DNA of 64,000 nucleotides from Candidatus Hydrogenedentota bacterium (lineage in GTDB: Bacteria; Hydrogenedentota; Hydrogenedentia; Hydrogenedentales; SLHB01), in NCBI GenBank assembly GCA_963745075.1, contig CAVUWV010000012.1:128001-192000 (forward strand), given 5' to 3'. A program made the position numbers and the translations under genes. The notes below the pieces were generated by a model, which was not told the DNA's origin, did not search any database, and saw only the letters and a program-made list of their open reading frames with translations. This document shows, piece after piece, positions 50,268-59,202 of this stretch; position 1 is the stretch's first letter; every line of letters begins with the position of its first letter.

Positions 50268-53145
50268 GGTGAGCTGCAGGGGTGAATTGTGTGGGCGCAT
50301 CCGCGAGCGTGCCCAGCTTAAACGTATGCTGGCCTCCGTGTTGGGCGGTCATGGGCAGGTAATCCTGTTGTCGGGAGAACCCGGCGTCGGGAAGACCCGC
50401 TTGGCCGTAGCGGCCCTCAACGAGAGCGGATTCAAAGTCTATTTGGGACGGGCCATCGAGCGAGCTACTGCACCGTACGGTCCGATCGCCGGCGCGTTGC
50501 GGGACTGTCTACGCCAAACCGGCGGGACCGTCGACGACTGCGGCCCGCTCGGCAAGTACCTGGGTATTCTGTTGCCCGAATTGGGTCCCATGGCTCCGGA
50601 CGAAGCGGACGCGACTCTGTTGGTGGAAGCTATTACGTCGGCATTGGCGGCGAAGGCAAAATCGGAGCCAACGGCCCTGCTGCTCGATGACCTGCACTGG
50701 GCCGACGAATCCACCGTGGACCTTCTCCCAATCCTCGCGGAGCGACTGCAAAGCGAACGCATAGCCATCATTGGCACGTACCGCGACGAGGACATTGGGC
50801 GCGGCCATCCGATTCGACGGCTGAAAGGCGAATTACTTCGTCTTCGGATGCTGCGTGAACTTCCGGTGGAGCCGCTAACGGTAGATGAGACGGCCGATGT
50901 CCTGGAGACACTACTCGGAGGGACAATCAGCGACGGCTTGCGCGACATGGTGTTTGCCCATACGCAAGGTCTCCCCCTTTTCATTGAGGAAGTCGCTGAG
51001 ACCCTGAAAGCGGGAGAGCATATCCGGCAGGGAGCGCGCGGTCTCGAACCAATATCAGATACGCAAATCCCCATCCCCGAATCGATTCGGGATTTGGTTG
51101 CGATGCGGTTGGACGGATTGACCGAAGAGGCACGGGCGCAACTCAACATGGCCGCCGTTATTGGCGACGAATTTGACATCGATCTGGTCCGCGACCTGGT
51201 TGGCACGGATGCGGGATTAAACGAACTCATGACCGCGCGGTTCATCACCGAATCTCGAGCGGGTATGGCCGTCTTTCGGCATACCCTGACCCGCGACGCG
51301 GTGTTGGACGAATTACCGTGGTCTGAGCGTAGAGATCTGCACCGCAAGGTCGCGGAGCGGTTGGAAGGTCGCGGGGCGTCCCCCGAACGTTTGGCAATTC
51401 ACTGGCTGGCAGCGGGCGACTCGGAACGTGCTCGTCAGTCTTTCCACGCGGCTGCCGACCGGTCGTGCGCTGTGTATGCTTATCGCGACGCGGTCCGAAA
51501 CTTCGAGCGTGCCTTGGAGATTTGGCCGGTGGAGCACGAGGAGGAAGCGCGGTCGGCCGCACTCGAGCGCCACGCGCAGTGCGCACAAACGGCCGGTTTG
51601 CTCGACGAGGCGGTTCGGGCCTGGGAGCGTCTGGCGCAAAGTTCGGCCGTTCGGAACGACCCCCGTCGCCGCGGCGAAACCCTCCGTGCGTTAGCGACCG
51701 TACACGATCTCCGCGGTGCAAATCTGCAATCGATCGAGGCCCGAGATCAGTCCTGGCGCGCGTTTGACGAAGCCGGTATGTGTGGCGAGGCCGCGGTTGA
51801 GCTACTCGCGAAAACCGAACGGTTCATCATTAACGCGCAGCCGAGCGCCGCAAGCGAGGTCGGGTTGGAAGCCTTGCGATTTGCGGAACGATCCGAACGA
51901 CCCGAGCTAGCTGCGCGTGCCAAGGGTACCCTCGCCTACGCCCAGGCCATGCTGGGACAAATTGACAGGGCCCGCGAACTCGCCCACGATGCGTTGAACT
52001 CGGCGCTGCGATTGAACTCCCCGAACCTCATTGCTGAGGCGTACCGCCAGACGGCGGGCGTGGCCGAATACAGTTCTGATTTTGGAAAGGCCTCCGAGGC
52101 CTACACGACGGCCCGTGACTATTGCCGGGAGCAAGGCGAGGGAGTCCATACCAACCTCTGCATGGGATGTATGTCGTATGTCTTCTTTCGCGCTGGAAAA
52201 TGGCGTCAAAGCCTGGACCTTTGCCGTGAGATCCTGCGAATTCCGGACGGACTTCCGTATCCCAGTGGGGTTGCAAAAGGTGTCAAGGGCATGATCCAAG
52301 TCTTTCGCGGTGAATTGAAGCCCGCGAAGAAGCTGGTCGTCGAGTCCAGGCGCGAAGTCCATGAAGTGGGAGGTGTTCTTGGGGAACTCCTCGCGCTGTG
52401 GTCGATTGCCTTGGCGCATGAGCACGGAGGCGACTCCGCCGAAGCCACGGAGGCCTACCATCAGTTCATACGGATGTGGGAACGGATCGAGGACTACCAC
52501 GAAGCAATCCCGGGGCTATGCTCGGCGGCTTCCTTCTTTGCGGAACAAAACGCCGCGGCCGAGGTGGCGCTGTGCGCGAACGCCCTTTCTTCCATCGCGA
52601 CCAAGTCCGGCAACCCCGAAGCGCTTGCAGGCTTGGCCTTCGCGCTAGGGGAACGGGCATTACTGGAGGGGGACGCACGCGCGAGTGCCGACCATTTCCT
52701 GCAGGCCGCCGCGCAGTTCGCGCCACTCGAGGTCCCCGTCGAATGGGCTCGCGCGGAATGGCGCGCCGGTGTGGCCCTGGCTGCAGCGGGAGACTCTGAC
52801 GGTGCGGCAACGCACCTGCGCGACGCTTATCGGCGGCTTCGACGCCTCGGCGCACGGGCCCTCTCGTCTCAGGTCGCGCGTCATCTTACCGAACTGGGTG
52901 AACCGGTCGAGGCACGGCGAAATTATCGAAGGATCGAGACCGTCACCCTCACCAAACGCCAGCAAGACGTGGCCCGGCTCCTCGCCGAAGGTCTGACAAA
53001 CAAGGAGATCGCCCAGAGACTTTTCGTCAGTCCCCGCACGGTGGACATGCACGTCGCCCACATCCTCGACCGCCTGGACTGCCGCAGTCGAACGGAGGCC
53101 GCGCGAAAGATTGCCGACCTCGATCTTGAGCCCGCATCCGGTTGA
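50268..53145 (+). CDS. AAA ATPase-TPR-LuxR (MalT/LAL-type) transcriptional regulator; start uncertain
   Basis: GEPGVGKT, LLDDLHWAD, GLPLFIEE, C-terminal LTKRQ..V..GLTNKEIA..LFVSPRTVDMHV. Confidence 0.92.
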
Positions 53146-53168
53146 GGTCACCCGCAACCACTGCCCTC

Positions 53169-53188
53169 ATTCCCGCGAACGCGGGAAT
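53169..53188. repeat. dRS3-like palindrome
   Basis: ATTCCC-gcgaacgc-GGGAAT; shares the GCGAACGC core with the repeats at 13084 and 13133. Confidence 0.75.
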
Positions 53189-53271
53189 CCATCTTTAAAT
53201 TCTCTTGGTAGATTTAACTCATTTTGTGAAAGCATCTTATGCCGGTATCGCCTATCGACAGGCCAACACAT

Positions 53272-53314
53272 TACGGTAGTCCCGTCCCCGCAAATACGGT
53301 AATCCTACGATTGT
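53272..53314 (+). promoter_or_regulatory. Candidate operator direct repeats
   Basis: tacggtagt (53272), tacggtaat (53295), tacgattgt (53306). Confidence 0.45.
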
Positions 53315-53432
53315 TGGAACATCGAAAGGCCGGTAAAGTTCAGTCATCAAGCGTCGCGGTAACGTGTCCGCACGGGACCCAGTGGCTATCTGCAAGGTGG
53401 AAACTCGTCTCACGACGGCAAGGAGAAGGATC

Positions 53433-54509
53433 ATGGAAGCAATCGTACTGGATCGCGAAAAAGTGCAAGCATTTGAAGGCAAATTGGTCGACATGATGAA
53501 CCTCGGCGCGTTAGGGCTGATGACGTCGATAGGCCATCGTACGGGGCTGTTTGACATGATGGCCACCTTGCCGCCGTCCACGTCGCATGAAATAGCGGAA
53601 GCAACCCGGCTGAACGAACGGTACGTTCGCGAATGGCTCGGCGCCATGTACACGGGTGGCGTGGTCGAATACGACAAGGATGCCGAGATGTACTGGTTGC
53701 CGCGCGAACACTCGGCTTTCCTCACGCGTGACGCGGCGTCCGACAATCTCGCCGCCTTGTGCCAGTACTTTGGTCAGCTCGGGGCCGTCGAAGATGACGT
53801 GGTGGAATGTTTCAAGGACGGCGGCGGCGTGCCCTATGAGAAATACCAGCGGTTCCACGAAATCATGGCCGAGGACAGCGGCCAAAGCGTGTTGCCTGCG
53901 TTGCTCGATCGCATCATCCCCCTCGTGCCCGGGCTGAAAGAACGGCTGTTCGAGGGCATCGATGTGCTCGACGTGGGCTGCGGTGTCGGTTTGGCGCTGA
54001 TCCTCATGGCCCGGACTTTCCCCAACAGCCGTTTTGCTGGATACGACTTCTCCAAAGAGGCCATCACCAAAGCCCGTGCTGAAGCAGCGCGGCATGGTCT
54101 TACCAACATCCAATTTGAAGTGCAGGATGCCGCGACCATCGACGAAGCGGATGCCTACGACTTCATCACGACGTTCGATGCCATCCACGACCAGGCCAAG
54201 CCCGCCGTCGTGCTGGCGAATATCCACCGCGCCTTGCGCCAAGACGGCGTTTATCTCATGCAGGACATTCGGGCCTGCAGCCACGTCCACGGCAACACGG
54301 ACCACCCCATCGGACCGCTCCTGTACACCATCTCGTGCATGCACTGCATGACCGTTTCGCTGGCTTACGGTGGGGAAGGGTTGGGGACCATGTGGGGCGA
54401 GGAACTCGCCGTGCAAATGCTCCGCGACGCGGGGTTCCCATCCGTCCGCATCGAACAACTTGAGCACGACATCCAGAACCAGTACTACATCAACCGGAAG
54501 AGCGCGTAG
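53433..54509 (+). CDS. Class I SAM-dependent methyltransferase with N-terminal winged helix (Rv2258c-like)
   Basis: ERYVREWL, VLDVGCGVG, FDAIHD, SCMHCMTVSLA. Confidence 0.92.
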   Translation: MEAIVLDREKVQAFEGKLVDMMNLGALGLMTSIGHRTGLFDMMATLPPSTSHEIAEATRLNERYVREWLGAMYTGGVVEYDKDAEMYWLPREHSAFLTRDAASDNLAALCQYFGQLGAVEDDVVECFKDGGGVPYEKYQRFHEIMAEDSGQSVLPALLDRIIPLVPGLKERLFEGIDVLDVGCGVGLALILMARTFPNSRFAGYDFSKEAITKARAEAARHGLTNIQFEVQDAATIDEADAYDFITTFDAIHDQAKPAVVLANIHRALRQDGVYLMQDIRACSHVHGNTDHPIGPLLYTISCMHCMTVSLAYGGEGLGTMWGEELAVQMLRDAGFPSVRIEQLEHDIQNQYYINRKSA

Positions 54510-54579
54510 ACTCTAGCCAATCACCCTCGCGCGTCGCAGGAAGCGGCGCGCGGGGCGCCGTTCATACCGTCCATTATCC

Positions 54580-55956
54580 TCACGCGATCGGCGGAATCCC
54601 CACGAAGCTGTCTTCCCAATTCGTCAATGCGATGGCCAGCGCGTTGGCTTGGCTGGGTAGGGCGGTCATCATGTTGGCCTGCTCCGGCAAGTCAGAATCC
54701 AGGTCGAAAAGCGACGTCGAATCAGTCGTTATCAGGAGCTTCCAGGCGCCCTGACGCACCGCCTTCTGGGGATTTTTGCCTTGCGTCCGCCAAAATAGCG
54801 TCCGGTCGTTAAGCGGCTTGTTCGCCGTGAGTAGGGGCACGAGGCTGACCCCGTCCGAAGGAATTCGGCTCCACGCCTTCCGGGCGCCCAACTCCGCAAG
54901 CGTGGGGAAAATATCCATCGTGATCGCGGTCTGATTGGTTACCCCGGGCCCTATGGTGCCCGGCCAGGACGCGATCGCGGGGACCCGTTGGCCTCCCTCC
55001 AGCAACGTGCCCTTCTGACCCGACAGCGGCGCGTTGGAACCGGGACTCACCGCTCCGTTGTCCGAGCAGAAAAAGATCAACGTGTCGTTCAGGTGCCCGC
55101 CGCGGTCGAGTGCCGCCACGATCTGGCCCACGCTGTCGTCCAATGCTTCCACCATCTCGCGATAGACAGCCGCGGCGTCCTTCGGCACGTGCCGGTCGGT
55201 GTCGGTCGTCCCCTCCACGCGAATCGGCGGGTCGTTCGGGCCCTGATAGGGATAGTGGGGCGCTTCGTGGGCAACGTACAGGCAGAACGGCGCATCGCCC
55301 TGCCCCTCGATGAAATTCACCGCGTGTTTCGTGATCAGGGTGGTCGTGTAACCCTTTTCCCGTAGCGGCTTGTCATTTTCCCACCAATCGTAAACGCCCG
55401 AATTGTCGATGTGAGATTCGTAATCGACGTTGCCGCTGAGATACCCGTAAAACGTCGCGAACCCCTGGTGTGTCGGCCGGTACTGCTCCCCGTATCCCAG
55501 GTGCCATTTGCCCACCATGCCGGTCGCGTACCCGCTTTCCTGCAACATCTCCGCAAACGTGACCGCTTTCGGCGAGAGCCCCGGTTTGTCCCGGTGGTCC
55601 TTCGGGGTCAGGACCCCTTCGATGCCCCACCGCTGCGGATAGAACCCCGTCAGCAGCGACGCCCGTGTCGGGCTGCATACGGCGCCATTGGAATGAAAAT
55701 CCGTGAACCGCAGGCCACCCGCCGCCAACGCGTCGATATGCGGCGTGGCAATCTCCGTATTGCCATAACACCCGAGGTCCCCATAGCCCAGATCGTCGGC
55801 CAGAATGATGACCACGTTCGGCGCCTGCGGCCGCACGACCGGAGCCGCCACAGCCGGTGCCTGCTGCCGCCCGGCCGGAGCCGCCACACCCGATGCCGCA
55901 CACCATGCTCCCGCGCCGCTCAGCCCAGCGACGCGCAAAAACTCGCGCCGGTCCAT
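54580..55956 (-). CDS. Tat-exported formylglycine-dependent sulfatase
   Basis: RREFL; ILADDLG, CSPTRASLLTG, GKWHLG, SDNG. Confidence 0.95.
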   Translation of the reverse strand: MDRREFLRVAGLSGAGAWCAASGVAAPAGRQQAPAVAAPVVRPQAPNVVIILADDLGYGDLGCYGNTEIATPHIDALAAGGLRFTDFHSNGAVCSPTRASLLTGFYPQRWGIEGVLTPKDHRDKPGLSPKAVTFAEMLQESGYATGMVGKWHLGYGEQYRPTHQGFATFYGYLSGNVDYESHIDNSGVYDWWENDKPLREKGYTTTLITKHAVNFIEGQGDAPFCLYVAHEAPHYPYQGPNDPPIRVEGTTDTDRHVPKDAAAVYREMVEALDDSVGQIVAALDRGGHLNDTLIFFCSDNGAVSPGSNAPLSGQKGTLLEGGQRVPAIASWPGTIGPGVTNQTAITMDIFPTLAELGARKAWSRIPSDGVSLVPLLTANKPLNDRTLFWRTQGKNPQKAVRQGAWKLLITTDSTSLFDLDSDLPEQANMMTALPSQANALAIALTNWEDSFVGIPPIA

Positions 55957-56105
55957 ACTCGCACCCCCTCTATGTGCAAACCATCATAGCAGATTGCGGT
56001 CAGGCGTTTACCTGGAACGATGCGCGGCGCTCTGTGGTCGGCACATTTCCAATGGCATAAGCGGTGCTTGCCACAACTATGAATTCACTCGTGTCTGATC
56101 CCCTA

Positions 56106-56259
56106 TGGAGTGCGGCCGCTTGCGGCTGCTTTTCGTTGACGTATCGCGAAAAAATTAGTTCACCAACTTGCGTAACTTGAGTGGTTAGGCCGTACTGCGT
56201 CAAAACACGCCGCAGGCAAGCCTGCTCTGCGAAAAGCAGCCGCGAGCGGCCGCACTCCA
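56106..56259. repeat. REPIN-like element, 30-bp inverted repeats (GGAG-type REP)
   Basis: tggagtgcggccgcttgcggctgcttttcg (56106-56135) and cgaaaagcagccgcgagcggccgcactcca (56230-56259), 1 mismatch. Confidence 0.88.
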
Positions 56260-56273
56260 CAGGGCAACCTCAC

Positions 56274-56933
56274 CTACGGGTAAAGTTCTGGAGTCGGCGG
56301 CGGAGGCGGCTCGCCCACATGGAGAAATGCACGACCGGAATCGCGCTTCGCCAAACGCTCGGCGAGCGCGTCACGGTACGAATGCGGAAGCCGCCCGGGG
56401 AAGGCAGCGTCGAAGTCGAAGAAGAATGCCTCGCGGTCGCCGGGGGCGACATAAAGCCTCAATGTGCTAACGCCAGGCACGACGTTTGCGTGCAGGCGTA
56501 TGGTTAGAATCGGTCCTGTCGCAGCGATGCTTCGAACCCCGTCGGGACGAATGACGTAGGGCATGGGTACAGGCTGGTTGTAGCCGCGCGATCGGTGATA
56601 AAGCACGAAAAGAAGAAGCCAAACCATTAAGACGGCCAGGAACAACATTACGGCGGCCAGTTTTCCGATGTCGGTGAGTTTCATTGCAATGAGCATGACG
56701 GTCACAAACGCAGCACTTCCGAACTGCACCCTACGGGAAATGCTGACGTGAAGGTCTCCTGAGAGAGCCATGTCTCCCTCGGATAAAAAGCGAACCCACC
56801 CCGCCCCCTCAAGCGATCGATCGGAATCAGCCGTCAAGGCCCAAATCTGCGGTTTAACACGGCGCCCTTCGATACGGTGCCGGACGCGTCCGGTTCGCCA
56901 GGATTCCACGTTCCACGGACATTCATCGTTCAT
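56274..56933 (-). CDS. Hypothetical membrane protein, paralog of the upstream gene
   Basis: Two TM helices; ATGA overlap with the upstream stop; shared C-terminal motif FF..FD..FP..LP..YRDAL. Confidence 0.7.
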   Translation of the reverse strand: MNDECPWNVESWRTGRVRHRIEGRRVKPQIWALTADSDRSLEGAGWVRFLSEGDMALSGDLHVSISRRVQFGSAAFVTVMLIAMKLTDIGKLAAVMLFLAVLMVWLLLFVLYHRSRGYNQPVPMPYVIRPDGVRSIAATGPILTIRLHANVVPGVSTLRLYVAPGDREAFFFDFDAAFPGRLPHSYRDALAERLAKRDSGRAFLHVGEPPPPPTPELYP

Positions 56934-57769
56934 GAGACACACCCTTCTCGATCTTGTAGCGCGTCCCGATATGTGCGGGGCAACATTTTCGGAAAAGTGT
57001 GATCGAATGCGCCGAAGAACTCATGCCGATAGTTCGGTGGGACGAAGATATACACGGTGGACAAGCCCCGCAACACGCTGCCACGCAGTTTCAGACGCAC
57101 GAAGGGTCCAAAACACCGCAGCTTGCGGATGTCCTGCGCCCGAATCCGAACTACGGCATCGGTCCGGAGTTTGTCACAGTAGAATCGATAGTAGAGGAAT
57201 ATCGATAAGTTGGCGACACCAAACACTACGGCCAAGGCAAGGGCTCTTATTGCGACATCGTCCGAGAATCGAGCCCCCAGATACCATCCAACGGGGATCA
57301 ACGGGAGCGATGCCATGTTGTATAGCGGATGAACGATATGGATCACGCCCTTTATCGACAACGTATCGTTGTCGAAGAAAGCCGTCGCTCTTCCTTGAAG
57401 ACCTACCGAAAGTCCCACCGGTACGAGGACGATCTTGATGTCCCGAGTCGAGTCGCTACCTGCACTGGTTTCCCGAAGGATATGTGCACGGCGCAATTCG
57501 GAGATCTTGGACATCCGTTTCAGTGCGCGCCATGCCGCATAGCAGATCGCAATCCCGATCGCTAACATAAGGTATGGGCTTATAGGAGCACGAGGATAAA
57601 CATCGGCGGCGATAATTTCCTGTAGACTCGGAAGCAAGAATGCAAGCGATAGGCAGCCAAGTACGCAGGCCAGCAACAACCACAAAAACGCCACGAGACA
57701 GTTCCCCGTGTACGCCGATCCTATTGCTTCTTCATCCCATGGCGGGATGTTCTCGGCCGACGCTCTCAT
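56930..57769 (-). CDS. Hypothetical membrane protein (4 TM)
   Basis: 279-aa ORF with hydrophobic segments, AT-richer than neighbours. Confidence 0.7.
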   Translation of the reverse strand: MRASAENIPPWDEEAIGSAYTGNCLVAFLWLLLACVLGCLSLAFLLPSLQEIIAADVYPRAPISPYLMLAIGIAICYAAWRALKRMSKISELRRAHILRETSAGSDSTRDIKIVLVPVGLSVGLQGRATAFFDNDTLSIKGVIHIVHPLYNMASLPLIPVGWYLGARFSDDVAIRALALAVVFGVANLSIFLYYRFYCDKLRTDAVVRIRAQDIRKLRCFGPFVRLKLRGSVLRGLSTVYIFVPPNYRHEFFGAFDHTFPKMLPRTYRDALQDREGCVS

Positions 57770-57918
57770 CGACTCACCCCTAATCTAATATAGTATCGTA
57801 GCGCAAAAATATATGCAAGTCTAGTTCCATTCACAACTGCTCCTAAAGACCAAACCGAGGCACTACCGCTAGGGACTGCTCTTTCCAAAATGGCACGACG
57901 GCACCATTGCTTGATTTC

Positions 57919-59079
57919 TCAGTCAAACAGCGCCTCGAATTGCCGCGTGTACCGCTCGGCGACGGCGGGGGAGTGGATGATGAGGACGTTCTCGTCGTTG
58001 CTTTCTTCGGCGTTGTTGCTGAAATTGTAACTACCCGTCACGACGGTATCTGTGTCGATGATGATGACCTTGTTGTGCATCGTGTAGGGGTTCTCGTCCA
58101 TGTGGATGATCGCCCCTTGGCGGGACAGAAAATCGTCGTCCGCGTAACGCGATCCGGCGTTTCGCGTCTCGAAGATACCGCGCACCGCAACGCCGTCGTG
58201 GATGCGCTTGGCCATGGCCTCCGCGATATCGTCAGACGTAAACGAGAACGCCATGAAGTCGATGGTCCGGTGCGCGTCCTCGATTTCGTCGATTAGTTCC
58301 CTGCGCACATTGTCTTCGGGCGCAAAGTACGTCTCAAAGGTAACGCGGTCCACCACGACCACGGGATAGGCCGTGCCGCGCGGCGATCTCGGTCCGAAAC
58401 GGTGGTCGGCGAACATCTCGCCGAATTCGGCGGTAAAATTGGACGCCAACTCGGGCGACGCCACCACGATCGCGTTGTTGTCGTTGCGAAACATACCGTT
58501 TTCGGTAATGTTCGTGGACCCGGTCCACACGCGTTGGCCGTCGACGACGCAGAACTTGTCATGCATAAAGGCGCTACGGCTGTCGAATACGACGGGGATA
58601 CCCGCGTCGATACACGCTCGAGTCGCGTCACGCCCTTCATAATCCGAATCCGATACGACCTTCACCGCCAACCCGGCCCGGTGCTTCTCGATGAGCACCT
58701 GCGCGGCGTCCATCCATTCCAGTTCGTAAAACGCACAGAAGATACTCTTCTTCCCGCTGCTGACGAACGCGAGGAACCGATCGTCAATTCCATTGGTGTC
58801 GACATGTGACGCGGGAGCGAAGTATATGGAGATGTGTTCCGAGACGCGCCCGTCATTGGGCACATTTTGCGTCTCTCGCGCGCGTTCCAGCAGGTGACCA
58901 GTCCGCGCCATCACGGCGTCGCGGACCGACCCCGCCGTTTCGCTGAATTCCTTGCTGAGCTGCCGCAGGTCGACACCCGACCGTGCCACCACGATCCCCG
59001 CCAGGACCAGCGCCACGACAAACGCAAACGCGACCATCCGCTTCCGTGGCCGGCCTCTCTTTTTGCGTCGCTTGCTCAC
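57919..59079 (-). CDS. Phospholipase D superfamily protein with two HKD motifs, N-terminal membrane anchor
   Basis: MHDKFCVVD..WTGSTN and MHNKVIIID..TGSYN. Confidence 0.92.
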   Translation of the reverse strand: MSKRRKKRGRPRKRMVAFAFVVALVLAGIVVARSGVDLRQLSKEFSETAGSVRDAVMARTGHLLERARETQNVPNDGRVSEHISIYFAPASHVDTNGIDDRFLAFVSSGKKSIFCAFYELEWMDAAQVLIEKHRAGLAVKVVSDSDYEGRDATRACIDAGIPVVFDSRSAFMHDKFCVVDGQRVWTGSTNITENGMFRNDNNAIVVASPELASNFTAEFGEMFADHRFGPRSPRGTAYPVVVVDRVTFETYFAPEDNVRRELIDEIEDAHRTIDFMAFSFTSDDIAEAMAKRIHDGVAVRGIFETRNAGSRYADDDFLSRQGAIIHMDENPYTMHNKVIIIDTDTVVTGSYNFSNNAEESNDENVLIIHSPAVAERYTRQFEALFD

Positions 59080-59135
59080 CGGGTTACTTCAGGCTGGAGG
59101 TTTGAAGACAGCCGGACACCGTCTATCTGGAAACC

Positions 59136-59168
59136 GTCTTTGTTGTCCTTGATGTCCCTGCTGTCCCT
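59136..59168. repeat. Phased GTCYYT x4, 9-bp period
   Basis: Copies at 59136, 59145, 59154 and 59163 in an intergenic gap. Confidence 0.7.
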
Positions 59169-59202
59169 CGGCAAACGTGCTGAACCTCCCGTAATCTCGC
59201 GG

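Noticed and set aside
57919..59079. PLD as a defence nuclease
   Set aside because: It has a membrane anchor, host-like composition and no helicase or methylase neighbours, so a housekeeping envelope PLD is more likely.
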